From an uncultured Lentisphaerales bacterium (GTDB taxonomy: Bacteria > Verrucomicrobiota > Kiritimatiellia > RFP12 > JAAYLN01): a stretch of 64,000 nt of DNA. The position numbers and the translations under genes are program-made. Below are positions 51,689 through 61,659 of the stretch, in pieces (position 1 is the first letter of the stretch; each line of letters begins with the position of its first letter). The stretch is taken from positions 11,135 through 75,134 of the forward strand of contig CAZRGQ010000001.1 in the NCBI GenBank assembly GCA_964599645.1. The letters run 5' to 3'. Below the pieces are notes generated by a model. The model was not told the origin of the DNA and ran no database searches. It worked only from the letters and a program-made list of their open reading frames with translations.

Positions 51689-52861
51689 CTAATCTGTTGT
51701 CACGTTAACTTGACCATTCATCAGCATCGGAAGCAGCCAGTCGCGGAGTTGTTCGAGCTTGGTTGATTCTTGGCGGTTTTTGACGATTTTATGGAGTATT
51801 GGATTCAGTATTGTGTCCAGTTGATTGATTAGACTTTGAGGAGGCAGAGGTAATCTGCTCATCTCTAAGTGGTCTTTTGTAATATGTCCCATAGTTGTTT
51901 TTCGTAGTTCAGCTACCATTTTGAAATAATCTAAGTAACCGAGTAGGACAAAATAAAAGAATGATTTTGGGTACGACTCAGAGGTGACTTTATAAATGTG
52001 TTGGTTCAAAACGCCAGTTCCGCCTGTCCAAAGTTTTACATCAAGAGTTGCAGACCATGAGAAGAGAACATCTGCGTCATGTATGATTAGATCAGATGGC
52101 ACGTTGGCTGTTACAACATCAGAGCTTTCATCAAGTCCAGAGGAGAATTCGCGAATTTTAATAACTTTATAGACGCCCTTTTCATTGGCTTGTGGGAAGT
52201 ACTTTTGGCAAGCAATACCGTTGGTAAAAGTAGCAATATCTACAAGAGAACCTACCTCCCATCCTTCAGGAATCTTTCGTTTCAGGGTGGAGTTGTAGGT
52301 CATTTTGCCGCCGGAGGTTTTGTAGGGCTTACCGTTGGCATCGAGAAAGTCGAACTGCACAAACCAGTAGTCGTAGAGCGTTTTTGCCATCGCCTCCAGC
52401 TCGGCGTTGATGCGGTTGTTGAGTTCGATTTTGTCATCGAGAGCGGAGAGGACATTAGCAATTTTCTTTTGTTCTAGAACATCTTCGACAACAGGAATGA
52501 CCATTGAATGTAATTCATTTCTATTAACGCCAGGAACTGTGCTTTTATCGGAAGTTTTGATACGCCCAAGGCAATTCATCAGATAATAAATGTACTTTGG
52601 ATCGTTACCTTTAAAGTCTGTTATATACAAAGAAGTGTTATGAGGCCAAAAGTTTTCTTTTATGAAATATGCTGTTCCTAAACTGCCAGTTCGTCCTGTT
52701 ACAACGCCGGGTGCTATTACTTTGTATTCATTATGGCAGCCAGATACACCTGATGAACTAACGACTGGGAATGGACCATGTTTTCTGTCTTTTTCTGTTA
52801 GATCATAGCCACGCTTCCAGTTTATAACATCACCCATTTTCCTTGGAACAACTTTTCTCAT
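51689..52861 (-). CDS. hsdS: type I restriction-modification system specificity subunit
   Basis: Two target-recognition domains separated by conserved repeats; the pattern matches HsdS. Lies downstream of hsdM. Confidence 0.8.
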   Translation of the reverse strand: MRKVVPRKMGDVINWKRGYDLTEKDRKHGPFPVVSSSGVSGCHNEYKVIAPGVVTGRTGSLGTAYFIKENFWPHNTSLYITDFKGNDPKYIYYLMNCLGRIKTSDKSTVPGVNRNELHSMVIPVVEDVLEQKKIANVLSALDDKIELNNRINAELEAMAKTLYDYWFVQFDFLDANGKPYKTSGGKMTYNSTLKRKIPEGWEVGSLVDIATFTNGIACQKYFPQANEKGVYKVIKIREFSSGLDESSDVVTANVPSDLIIHDADVLFSWSATLDVKLWTGGTGVLNQHIYKVTSESYPKSFFYFVLLGYLDYFKMVAELRKTTMGHITKDHLEMSRLPLPPQSLINQLDTILNPILHKIVKNRQESTKLEQLRDWLLPMLMNGQVNVTTD

Positions 52862-53384
52862 ACTTCACCCCCGCCAACTGCTGTTAACCATGCCTTTCCA
52901 TTCTGCGGCAGCCGATATTTTTGTAAACGGCTTTGTTCTCCAGTCAGCACGTGCAACATGCGCGCCACTTGTGCGATTACTTGATTGGTTACTTGGAGGG
53001 TTACTTGGAGGGTGGCCCTTTCAGAGCTATCCCGATTCTGCGACAGATGCTGACTTTCTTTGCCACTTTTTATACTCAACCTCTTGCACTTACGGCCCGG
53101 ACGTAGATTCGCTCTCCATTGGACAATGGCACTCAATGATTGATGTAATGAGGATGGCGACAGGCCTGTTGTCAAAAGGTAGGGCGCGTCTCTCCGAGAC
53201 CGCCGCGGACGGCTACGGAGAGCCGTCCCTACCTGCGCAAAAGCAAGAGCATGTGAAGTGGTAGCGTAAAATCCTCCGCAGTTTTCAGAGCCATTCTCTG
53301 CCACCGACTCTGCCCTTGACTCTGCCCTTGACTCTGCCACCGACTTGTGCAGCGACTTTGTCACCGACTCTGCCCATAGCCTAT
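52862..53384. repeat. ~0.5-kb insert between hsdM and hsdS, flanked by 28-bp imperfect direct repeats (52858-52885 / 53385-53412, 25/28 identical) that duplicate the hsdM 3' end
   Basis: Contains 12-nt tandem arrays: TTACTTGGAGGG and variants x3 at 52977-53012, and GACTCTGCCCTT and variants x3-4 at 53305-53376. The overlapping 176-aa ORF (52858-53388) is low-complexity (AESRAESRAES..., LQVTLQVT...). Confidence 0.6.
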
Positions 53385-55015
53385 TCATACTTCACTCCCG
53401 CTAACTGCCGTTTGATCTCGGCTTCTAACTGGTGGGACTCAGCAAACAGCTTATCAAGATTTCGGGTAAAGCCTTGCATCTTCTGGGCGAACTCTTCGGG
53501 GGTAATGTCAACATACTCGATTTTAACTTCAAAGTATTGACCGGCACTCAGGCTGTAGTTTTTGGCTTTGATGTCATCATAGCTGACGGCGACAGAAAAG
53601 TCATCAAGGCTTTGTTTGCTGTTGAAGGTGTCAATAATCTGCTGTTCTTCGGCACTGGTGAGGACGGTCTTCTGGTTCTTACCGTCTTTGACCTTTTCAC
53701 CAAGGTTGGAGGCATCCACCAGAATCACCTCGCCCTTATTGCCGGCATCAATAAAGAGTACCGAGACATTGGTGCCGGTGGTGGCAAAGATGTTGGAGGG
53801 CATGGAGACGACACCAGCCAGCATCTGGTCGTCAACCAGCTTTTGGCGAATTTTTTTGTCGATACCCGACTGCGCCGTAATAAAGCCGGTGGGGACGACT
53901 ACCGCCGCTTTGCCACCGGGTTTGAGCGAGGCGATGATGTGCTGCAAGAAGAGCTGGTAAATCGCCATCTTGTCTTTGGCTTTATTGGGGACAGCGGGGA
54001 TACCGGCAAAGAAACGCTCTTTATTCTCTTTGCTCTCAAGCGCATCACGAAAATCGCTGAAATCGAGTTTGAAGGGTGGATTGGAGACCACATAGTCGAA
54101 GCGTCTGAGCGCCCGCCTCTCTTTGTGGTAAGGGTACAGGATGGTGTTGCCCTGAATCACATTGGGGATGGAGTGTACCAGATTGTTCAAAATCAGGTTG
54201 AGGCGCAGCAGATTGGTCGATTTTTGCGAAATATCCTGCGTGTAGATGCTGCAACGGTCACTACCGATGGCGTGGGAGATGTTCATCAGTAGCGTGCCGG
54301 AGCCGGCGGAGGGATCGTAGCAGGTGACGTTTCTGATAGTGCCGCGCTTTGACTCAGGTACCAGAATATCAGCCATGATGCGCGCTACGGCGTGCGGCGT
54401 GAAGTATTCGGCGTATTTGCCGCCTGAGTTGCTGTTGTAGTCTTTGATCAGGTACTCAAAGATGACGGCGTAGAAATCGAATTTCTGGGTGAAGATACGC
54501 TCAAAGCTGAACTCCACCAGTTTGTTGATAATGGCGCGGCAGAAATCGTCGCGCCTGGAGGGATCGGCGATATATTCGCTGAGGCGGTCGAAGAGCACCA
54601 CCTTGGCACCGCCATCGGTTTTGACCGCAAAGACGTCGTTGTTGGTGATGGCGATATCGATCAGGGTATCGTCAAAGAGCTTGGCAAAATCGGGCGCGTT
54701 TTGCTGACTGAAGAGGTGGCTGATAAAATGCTGCGGTTTCAGACGTGCGGTGTCGCCACCCATCTGTAGTTGCAGCATTTCCAAATCATCGGCACTCATG
54801 GCACTCAGCGCCTCTTCCCAGTTTTCTGCCCGGGCGATCGCAGGGTCTATTTTTTTGGCCTCAAAGGCGAATTTATCGTTGAGAAACTTATACAAAAAAG
54901 TTTGGGTGATAATTTTAAACTCGTTGCCATCGTTGCCCAGGCCATAGTTGGCGCAAATACTTTTCAGGCTATCGATAAGCGCTTTGGTCTTTTGCTGAAA
55001 CTCAAGTTCTCTCAT
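53381..55015 (-). CDS. hsdM: type I restriction-modification system DNA methyltransferase subunit (N6-adenine)
   Basis: SAM-binding motif and catalytic VVSNPPF (NPPF) motif. 544 aa. Confidence 0.85.
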   Translation of the reverse strand: MRELEFQQKTKALIDSLKSICANYGLGNDGNEFKIITQTFLYKFLNDKFAFEAKKIDPAIARAENWEEALSAMSADDLEMLQLQMGGDTARLKPQHFISHLFSQQNAPDFAKLFDDTLIDIAITNNDVFAVKTDGGAKVVLFDRLSEYIADPSRRDDFCRAIINKLVEFSFERIFTQKFDFYAVIFEYLIKDYNSNSGGKYAEYFTPHAVARIMADILVPESKRGTIRNVTCYDPSAGSGTLLMNISHAIGSDRCSIYTQDISQKSTNLLRLNLILNNLVHSIPNVIQGNTILYPYHKERRALRRFDYVVSNPPFKLDFSDFRDALESKENKERFFAGIPAVPNKAKDKMAIYQLFLQHIIASLKPGGKAAVVVPTGFITAQSGIDKKIRQKLVDDQMLAGVVSMPSNIFATTGTNVSVLFIDAGNKGEVILVDASNLGEKVKDGKNQKTVLTSAEEQQIIDTFNSKQSLDDFSVAVSYDDIKAKNYSLSAGQYFEVKIEYVDITPEEFAQKMQGFTRNLDKLFAESHQLEAEIKRQLAGVKYE

Positions 55016-55045
55016 TCTCTCTTGCCCTCTAAAAAATCGTTGCCA

Positions 55046-58000
55046 CTAACAGGCTTGTCCGCCGGTATTGTACTCTCGCATATACTCCCGCACCACCAAC
55101 TGGTTGATATAGTGTGAGACTTCGGCGTTGAGCGGGATATCTTGCTCACCTTTGAAACGCCGGATGACAAATGGCATCATCTGGAGTTCAAAATAGCTTT
55201 CGTTATCGAGTATCTGGCTGTTGTTAAGTACTTGCTCGTCGGCATCCTGCTTGATGCCCTGCAAGGCCCCGAATATTTTGCGTTCAGAATCACACAGATC
55301 ATTAGCCTGTTGCTGACGCTCCAGTAGACGCTTGTGCAGTCGCGCATATTTGGTGTCGCCACTATATTTTTGCCGCAAGAGGCTGTTCTGTCGATTAAGC
55401 TCCTTGATACGTTCATGAATTTTATTCAGCACCACAATGTTGGCACTCATCTCTGTCTGGGTCACTTCACTGAGTTTTTTCTTCTTAAAGAGTCGTTCAA
55501 GCTCCTCTTTCAGGGTGATAAACTGCGGGTCTTGCTGGTCAAAATTGCTCCCCAGGGCTTCGCGTGTCCTCCGCAGGGTATCTTTCAGCTCATCGGCCAG
55601 CTTCAACTCCTCTTCGCCGATTTTTACAAACTTGAATACCACCTCTTCGAGGGCGCGGTTAAGCAGGTTGGTGGTCTCCTCTCCGCTCTCCAGGCTCTGC
55701 TTGAGGTTGAGCAGGTCAAGATGGTTGCTGACTTCACGATACAAGATGTTGAGTGCAGTAAAATCGAGTTTATCGAGCTCTTCATAGTTGCCTTGCAGAC
55801 GAATGACGTTATACAGACTGCGGGCATCGGCCAGTGCTTTTTTGAGTGCCAGTACACTTTCTCTATTTTGCATCTGGCTAATTTGAATGGAAAACTCTTC
55901 AAGATTTTCGGTGTCAAAGTGGAATAAGAGATCCTTGATGTGCTCAATCTCCTGCTGAATCTCCTCCGGCGACTTAAAGAGTTGCGAGTAGTGCTCCATT
56001 TCATCACCCAGCTCGCTTTGCAACTCGTCAAAATAGGCCTTATTGGTGGCATCAAACTCCTGGCGAATGTCGGCAAAATCGACCACATAACCGTAGCGGA
56101 AGGCTTTGTAGGTGCGGTTGACACGGGTTAAGGCTTGCAGCAGATTTTGTTTGCGAATCACACGCCCCAGGTAAATCTTCTTGAGTCTCGGTGCATCAAA
56201 GCCGGTAAGGAGCATGTTATAGACAAAGAGAAGGTCGATCTTGCCTGCCTTGAAATCTTCGATCCACGCTTTGCGCTCCTCTTTGGTGCCGACATCGTGC
56301 AGGATCAAGGCGGCACTGCGGATCTTTTGCGCCTGTTTTTTTGATGCCATATAACTCATGGAAATCTCTTCCGCCGCTTTTAATAGAAGAGGTTCTTCGC
56401 TTCTTGTTTTACTGAACAAAAGAGATGGCTTGGCAAAGAAGGCATTAAAAATCGCAAACAACTGTTTGGCCTGCTCTGAACTGTCGCAAATCACCATGGC
56501 GCCGATGCTGGCGTCATTAAACGCGCCCCGGCTGGCTTCAAAGTCGCTGACAATGTAGTCGAGCATGGGCGCCACAAAGCTGGGATGGGCATAGATGTGC
56601 TTCCGCTCCACATCACCCATTTTGACCTCAGCCTCTTCTAGCGCCTGCTGCAGTTGCAGCTTGTATTGAGTCGAGATCTCTTCGCGAATCAAGCGCAGGG
56701 TATAGCCATCGGCAATGGAGGCATTGTAGTAGTATTTGTGAATATAGTCGCCGAATAGGTCGCGTGAGCTGTAGTCTGCCGCTTTATGGGGGCCGGAATA
56801 ATAGTCTCTTCCCAGCAACGGGGTGCCGGTTAAGCCGATTTTAATGGCTGTTCGATCGGACTCGTTTAAGTTGGCTAAAAAGCTGCCATGCGGGTTGTAG
56901 CTACGGTGTACTTCATCGAGAAAGTAGACGCGCTGAATGGCGACGTCATAATCTTTGGTGCTCACCACATCCGGGTCGTCTTTAAATTTTTGAATATTGA
57001 CGACGGTAATTTCAGGTGTACCCGAGTGGTTATGAAGCGCCTGTGTTGCTTTGATAGCACGGCTAAACTCTTCACGCGAGTTGACCGTATGTACCACCAG
57101 GTTACGTGCGGTAAACTCCCGCTGCGCCTGTTGCAGCAAATCGAGCCGGTCAACGATGAAGTAGAACTTGGGAATGATATTTCGCTTCTGGAAATAATCG
57201 GTCAAAAAATGGACGTTGTAGTAAGCCAATGCGGTTTTGCCACTCCCCTGAGTGTGCCAGATAATCCCTTTTTTGATGCCGTCATTCAGCTTCTGCTCAA
57301 TAGCTTTCGTGGCAAAGAGCTGCGGGTAGCGCATAATGTGCTTTTGGATGCCGCTATTTTCGTTGACGTAAGTAAGAGCAAAACGCAGGATAAAAGCGAG
57401 GCGTTCGCGGCTAAGTAAAGAGGTGCAGAGACGGTTGGTCGGACGCTCAGGCTGTTTGTTGGTCAGGAACTCGGGGTTGTTCTTGATGACTTCCAGATTG
57501 TTGTCTTTTAAAACCTCACGTTCTGCTTCATCTGATAACGGCTTAAGCAATGCCGTAAGATTGAAGACCTCCTCTTCACGGAAGTAGTTAAAGCCGGGGT
57601 TATGATAAGAGCTGCTGGCATAAAAAGCCCCCTGTAGGGGCTCAGGGTCGCTATTGTCGTACTCCATGTTATTGGAGAAGATCATAAACTGGGTGATATT
57701 GACAAAGCGTCGGAATTTAGGGTTCTGAAAGCGCCTGGTGATGCGCTCACGCTCGGCAATAATACCATCACGGTTATTCGGTTTTTTAACTTCGATAAAG
57801 ATCAATGGCATACCGTTGATCAGCAGGGTGATATCGGGCCGAAACTCCTCACCGCCATGCTGATAGGTCAATTCGGTGACGACATGGAAGCTGTTGTGAT
57901 TAAAATTGTCAAAATCAAGCAACTTGATATTGGAGCGTTCTGTTAGCTGCTCAAAGAAGGCGCGGCCTAAATCTTCGTTATCGAGCTTCAGCTTCACCTC

Positions 58001-58192
58001 ATCCAGCAAGCGAACAGCATCGGCAGGCGCCAATCCCGGATTAATGTTTGCTACTGCTTTGCAAAAGAGTGCGGGAAAGATATTGGTCTCTGCATCCCAA
58101 TGCCCGTTTTTGAGCGACAAGTAGTCGTAGCCAAGCCGCATTAAATGCAAAATGGCAGGAATCTTCACCCGGCTGTCTTCGTTGAAACTCAA
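55046..58192 (-). CDS. hsdR: type I restriction enzyme R subunit (SF2 helicase/endonuclease)
   Basis: Walker A HTQGSGKTALAYY, DEAH box FLDEVHRS and N-terminal nuclease region. 1048 aa. Confidence 0.85.
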   Translation of the reverse strand: MSFNEDSRVKIPAILHLMRLGYDYLSLKNGHWDAETNIFPALFCKAVANINPGLAPADAVRLLDEVKLKLDNEDLGRAFFEQLTERSNIKLLDFDNFNHNSFHVVTELTYQHGGEEFRPDITLLINGMPLIFIEVKKPNNRDGIIAERERITRRFQNPKFRRFVNITQFMIFSNNMEYDNSDPEPLQGAFYASSSYHNPGFNYFREEEVFNLTALLKPLSDEAEREVLKDNNLEVIKNNPEFLTNKQPERPTNRLCTSLLSRERLAFILRFALTYVNENSGIQKHIMRYPQLFATKAIEQKLNDGIKKGIIWHTQGSGKTALAYYNVHFLTDYFQKRNIIPKFYFIVDRLDLLQQAQREFTARNLVVHTVNSREEFSRAIKATQALHNHSGTPEITVVNIQKFKDDPDVVSTKDYDVAIQRVYFLDEVHRSYNPHGSFLANLNESDRTAIKIGLTGTPLLGRDYYSGPHKAADYSSRDLFGDYIHKYYYNASIADGYTLRLIREEISTQYKLQLQQALEEAEVKMGDVERKHIYAHPSFVAPMLDYIVSDFEASRGAFNDASIGAMVICDSSEQAKQLFAIFNAFFAKPSLLFSKTRSEEPLLLKAAEEISMSYMASKKQAQKIRSAALILHDVGTKEERKAWIEDFKAGKIDLLFVYNMLLTGFDAPRLKKIYLGRVIRKQNLLQALTRVNRTYKAFRYGYVVDFADIRQEFDATNKAYFDELQSELGDEMEHYSQLFKSPEEIQQEIEHIKDLLFHFDTENLEEFSIQISQMQNRESVLALKKALADARSLYNVIRLQGNYEELDKLDFTALNILYREVSNHLDLLNLKQSLESGEETTNLLNRALEEVVFKFVKIGEEELKLADELKDTLRRTREALGSNFDQQDPQFITLKEELERLFKKKKLSEVTQTEMSANIVVLNKIHERIKELNRQNSLLRQKYSGDTKYARLHKRLLERQQQANDLCDSERKIFGALQGIKQDADEQVLNNSQILDNESYFELQMMPFVIRRFKGEQDIPLNAEVSHYINQLVVREYMREYNTGGQAC

Positions 58193-58229
58193 TCCAAGTT
58201 CCCTTACAAATCAACAAATGGTAACAAGA

Positions 58230-59129
58230 TTACAGCCAACCTTGCTCTTTCAGCCAGGCGGCGCAGTCGTTGCTCCAGCGACTGACGCTGCCCGGCTCTG
58301 TCAGCGCCAGTCCCAGGCCGTGGCGGCCTTCCGGGTAGATATGGAGGGCAAAGGAGACGCCGGCGGCGGCCAGGGCGCCGGCGTAGAGCAGGGCGTTGGG
58401 CACCAGGACTGCGCCGTCGTTGGCCGTCTGCCAGATAAAGGCGGGCGGGTGGGCCTGCGTCACGCTCTTTTCCAATGAGAGGCGCTTGTAGAGCTCACTA
58501 TCGGGAGCGGGACCCAGCAGGTTGTCAAATGAGCCGCGGTGGCCGTAAATGCCATTGCTGATCACGGCATAACAGGCGATCAGGAGGTTGGCGCGAGCCG
58601 AGTGGCGCTCTACCGGATCGTCAGCTTCGGCCGTGCCGTCGGCGCCGAAGGTGGCTACCGAAGCCGCCAGGTGGCCACCGGCGCTGAAGCCCAGGATCCC
58701 GACACGTGCTGGATCGACGCCCCAGGCGATGGCGTTGGCACGTACCAGGCGCAGTGTGCGCCGGGCGTCGTCGAGCGGCGCTGGAAAATGCCACGGTTTG
58801 ACCCGGTAGTGGCAGACAGCCGCATGCAGCCCCAGGCTGTTGAGCCAGAGAGCAATCGGCTCGCCCTCATGGTCGGCCCGCATAGTGTAAGCGCCGCCGG
58901 GACAGACCACCACCAGTGGCCGGGGCTTTGACCTGTCGGCCAGCAGGTAGGGCACCATAAAGGGGCGTTCGGCATCCGCCGCCAGCAGCTCTGCTGCCAG
59001 ATTGGTGGTTGGTCGGGCGACCTTGAGCCCCAGCGCCAGCTCACCTGGGCTGTTTGGCTGGCGCTCGCCCTGGGCCAGCAGTTGATCATCGCTCCAGAGA
59101 GCTAGGGCTTGACGTTTGCAGCTATCCAT
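58230..59129 (-). CDS. alpha/beta-hydrolase-fold esterase (BD-FAE-like)
   Basis: VVCPGGAYTMRADHEGEPIALWLNSLGLHAAVCHYRV and nucleophile elbow GFSAGGHLAA (GxSxG). Confidence 0.7.
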   Translation of the reverse strand: MDSCKRQALALWSDDQLLAQGERQPNSPGELALGLKVARPTTNLAAELLAADAERPFMVPYLLADRSKPRPLVVVCPGGAYTMRADHEGEPIALWLNSLGLHAAVCHYRVKPWHFPAPLDDARRTLRLVRANAIAWGVDPARVGILGFSAGGHLAASVATFGADGTAEADDPVERHSARANLLIACYAVISNGIYGHRGSFDNLLGPAPDSELYKRLSLEKSVTQAHPPAFIWQTANDGAVLVPNALLYAGALAAAGVSFALHIYPEGRHGLGLALTEPGSVSRWSNDCAAWLKEQGWL

Positions 59130-59135
59130 TGTTTC

Positions 59136-60530
59136 TCACTTCCTTCCGGTTGCACTTCTGCCATCCGCTGCCGGCAGCTCAATGCCGAGTCGTTTGATTT
59201 TGCGAAAAAGTGTGCTCTTGTGAATGCCGAGCCGCTTGGCGGCGGCCAGGCGGTTGTAGTGGCATTCGGCCAGCGCCTGGCGAATCGCGACGGCCTCGGC
59301 TGCCCCGGTCTGTAAGGCGATGCTGCTATCGCTGGTGGCAGGCCTCTCCTGATCCGACTGTATCCCCGGCGGCAGGTGTGCCACACCGATCAACCCTTCA
59401 TGGGTGAGGACAAAGGCCCGTTCGATAATATTCTCCAACTCACGCACGTTGCCGGGAAAGTTATGGGCCAGCAGCAGCGCCAATGCTGCCGGTGCGATCC
59501 CGGCGATCCGGCGTTCCAGCCGCCGGTTGAAACGGGCGATAAAGTGCTCCACCAGCAGCGGGATATCTTCGCGGCGTTCACGCAGCGGCGGCAGCGTCAG
59601 CTCCACCACGTTGAGGCGGTAGTAGAGGTCGTCACGAAACTTGCCTGTGGCCACCAGTTGCGCCAGGTCGCGGTGTGAAGCGGCGATCAGCCGCACATCG
59701 CTGGCCACGCTGCGACTCGAACCGAGCGGTTCATAACTATGCTCCTGCAGCACCCGCAGCAGCCGTACCTGCATCGCCGCCGAGACGTCGCCGATCTCAT
59801 CGAGGAAGAGCGTCCCGCCCTCGGCCAGGGCAAAGCGTCCGGCGCGCTCGCTGACAGCGCCGGTAAAGGCCCCCTTGACGTGACCAAAGAGCTCCGACTC
59901 CAGCAGGGTATCGGGCAAAGCGCCGCAGTTGACCGCCACAAAGGGGCCTGCATGGCGCTGGCTGTGGCTGTGGAGCGCCCGCGCCAGCAACTCTTTGCCT
60001 GTCCCCGTCTCGCCGCCGATCAGGATCGGGGCCTCGCTCAGGGCGAGTTGGGGCAACAGCTCGTGAATCCGGCGTAGAGCCGGGGACCGGCTGATCAGAT
60101 CGCCGATCTGAAAGCGCCCCTCCAGCTCCTTGCGCAGCTCGGTCACGAGGCTCAGGTCGCGGAATGTCTCGGCGCCTCCGATAGTATTGCCGGACGCATC
60201 GCGCAGAATGGCAGTTGAAACTGAGATTGGAATGCGCTCGCCGGCTGTATTGATGATAAAGGCCGTCCGATCGATCACCGGCTCGCCACTGAGTAGCGTC
60301 TGTCGCAGGGCACAATCGGTCTCACACATGCTGGCACGGAAGACCTCGCTGCAACGCTGGCCCAGCGCCTCTTGCCGGCTGACACCGGTAATCGCCTCGG
60401 CGGCGCGGTTGAAGTAGGTAATCTGCCAGTTGCTGTCGACGGTGAAGACACCATCGGAGATCGATTCAAGAATCGCCGCAGCATTCAGATTGGCAGGCAG
60501 CAACTCCTCTCGCTCGTGACCGGCACTCAT
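59136..60530 (-). CDS. sigma-54-dependent transcriptional activator (PAS sensor, AAA+ sigma54-interaction domain, Fis-type HTH)
   Basis: Walker [15 protein letters not shown] motif, ESELFGH, and C-terminal [25 protein letters not shown]. Confidence 0.85.
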   Translation of the reverse strand: MSAGHEREELLPANLNAAAILESISDGVFTVDSNWQITYFNRAAEAITGVSRQEALGQRCSEVFRASMCETDCALRQTLLSGEPVIDRTAFIINTAGERIPISVSTAILRDASGNTIGGAETFRDLSLVTELRKELEGRFQIGDLISRSPALRRIHELLPQLALSEAPILIGGETGTGKELLARALHSHSQRHAGPFVAVNCGALPDTLLESELFGHVKGAFTGAVSERAGRFALAEGGTLFLDEIGDVSAAMQVRLLRVLQEHSYEPLGSSRSVASDVRLIAASHRDLAQLVATGKFRDDLYYRLNVVELTLPPLRERREDIPLLVEHFIARFNRRLERRIAGIAPAALALLLAHNFPGNVRELENIIERAFVLTHEGLIGVAHLPPGIQSDQERPATSDSSIALQTGAAEAVAIRQALAECHYNRLAAAKRLGIHKSTLFRKIKRLGIELPAADGRSATGRK

Positions 60531-60591
60531 CTGCCGCTCCGATCAGAGCCCGGGCTACGCTCGTATCCAGCCATAGCGTGCGCAATAGCCT

Positions 60592-61611
60592 TCAAGGCTG
60601 ACCTGCTCCCTGCGACAGGCGGCGGCCCCCGGCGGCAGCATCGACCTCCAGCAAGATGCCATGCCGTGATGGTGTGACGTGCCGGGCACGGGCACGCACC
60701 TCAAGCCGCCAGTTGTTACGCCGCGACGGCCACTCGGCGATCTCCAGGGGAAACATGCCGGGTATCGAGCGGGTGCGTAGCGCCGGGAGCTGCTCTTCCG
60801 GCTGTGCCAGATTGAGAAAGGGGGTTACAGCCGCCTGCCAGGCCGCACCGCTCTGCAAGCCGTCGCCGGCACGGGTGGTGCGTTTGTCGAGGTCAAAGAG
60901 CGGCAAGGGGATGATCTCCATGGCATTCACCGCGACACCGATCCGGGCCAACGGCACCCAGCGTGCGGCCTCGCCCCGACTCTCCAGCACCTCATCATCG
61001 GTAGCGCCGAGATTCCGAGCAGCGGCGCTGCCGGCACCCGCATCGGCCTCGTCATCTATGGCGGCCGCCGCAGCCGCCGGGGGCTCATAGTGCAACACCT
61101 CCTGCCAACGGGCACGCAGCAGCTCCGGTTCGGCGATCAACTCACCGGCCTCCAGCAGCAGCGGTTGCAGCTTAGCGGCAAAGTCGCCATCGAGACGCCG
61201 GATCGCAGCAGCACGCGTCTCATCCTCGGAGCGCAGCGCTTTGTTGCAGAGGTCGATAGTGCGCTCCAGCGCCGGGCGTACGCGCTCAGGGAAGGAAAAG
61301 CTCCCCCCCGTCTCCAGCTCGGCCAGAGCCGTCTCGAAGAGTTTAACCGCCTGGCTGGCATCGACCTGCCGGGTGGTGTTGCCGGCGATCCGTGCCTGTT
61401 GCAAGCGGCGCTGATGCTCCTCCAGTTCGCGTGTCAGCAAGGTGTGCAGCTCCTCTTTGCGCCGCACGTCGATCGCCTCCCGTTGCGGCCGATACTCCTG
61501 GCGCAGAGCCTGAATTTCAGCCCGCCCCAGGTCGGCCTTTTCGGCCCATAGCGGCCACTGCCACAAGAGCGTCAGCAGCAGGGTAAACAGAAGATGGCGT
61601 TGATAGTACAT
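60592..61611 (-). CDS. secreted hypothetical protein with coiled-coil region
   Basis: Signal peptide MYYQRHLLFTLLLTLLWQWPLWAEK, then a charged helical region. No identifiable domain. Confidence 0.5.
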   Translation of the reverse strand: MYYQRHLLFTLLLTLLWQWPLWAEKADLGRAEIQALRQEYRPQREAIDVRRKEELHTLLTRELEEHQRRLQQARIAGNTTRQVDASQAVKLFETALAELETGGSFSFPERVRPALERTIDLCNKALRSEDETRAAAIRRLDGDFAAKLQPLLLEAGELIAEPELLRARWQEVLHYEPPAAAAAAIDDEADAGAGSAAARNLGATDDEVLESRGEAARWVPLARIGVAVNAMEIIPLPLFDLDKRTTRAGDGLQSGAAWQAAVTPFLNLAQPEEQLPALRTRSIPGMFPLEIAEWPSRRNNWRLEVRARARHVTPSRHGILLEVDAAAGGRRLSQGAGQP

Positions 61612-61659
61612 CGCTTCATGTCGGCCGCGGCACCATCGGAGGTGGCACAGAGCCGATGC

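Noticed and set aside
52858-53388. 176-aa ORF exactly filling the hsdM-hsdS gap, with ATGA coupling to hsdS
   Set aside because: The product is dominated by translated tandem DNA repeats (AESRAESRAES, LQVTLQVT) and S/R/A-rich low complexity. It is more likely an incidental open frame across an inserted repeat element. It is kept as a finding because the arrangement itself is interesting.
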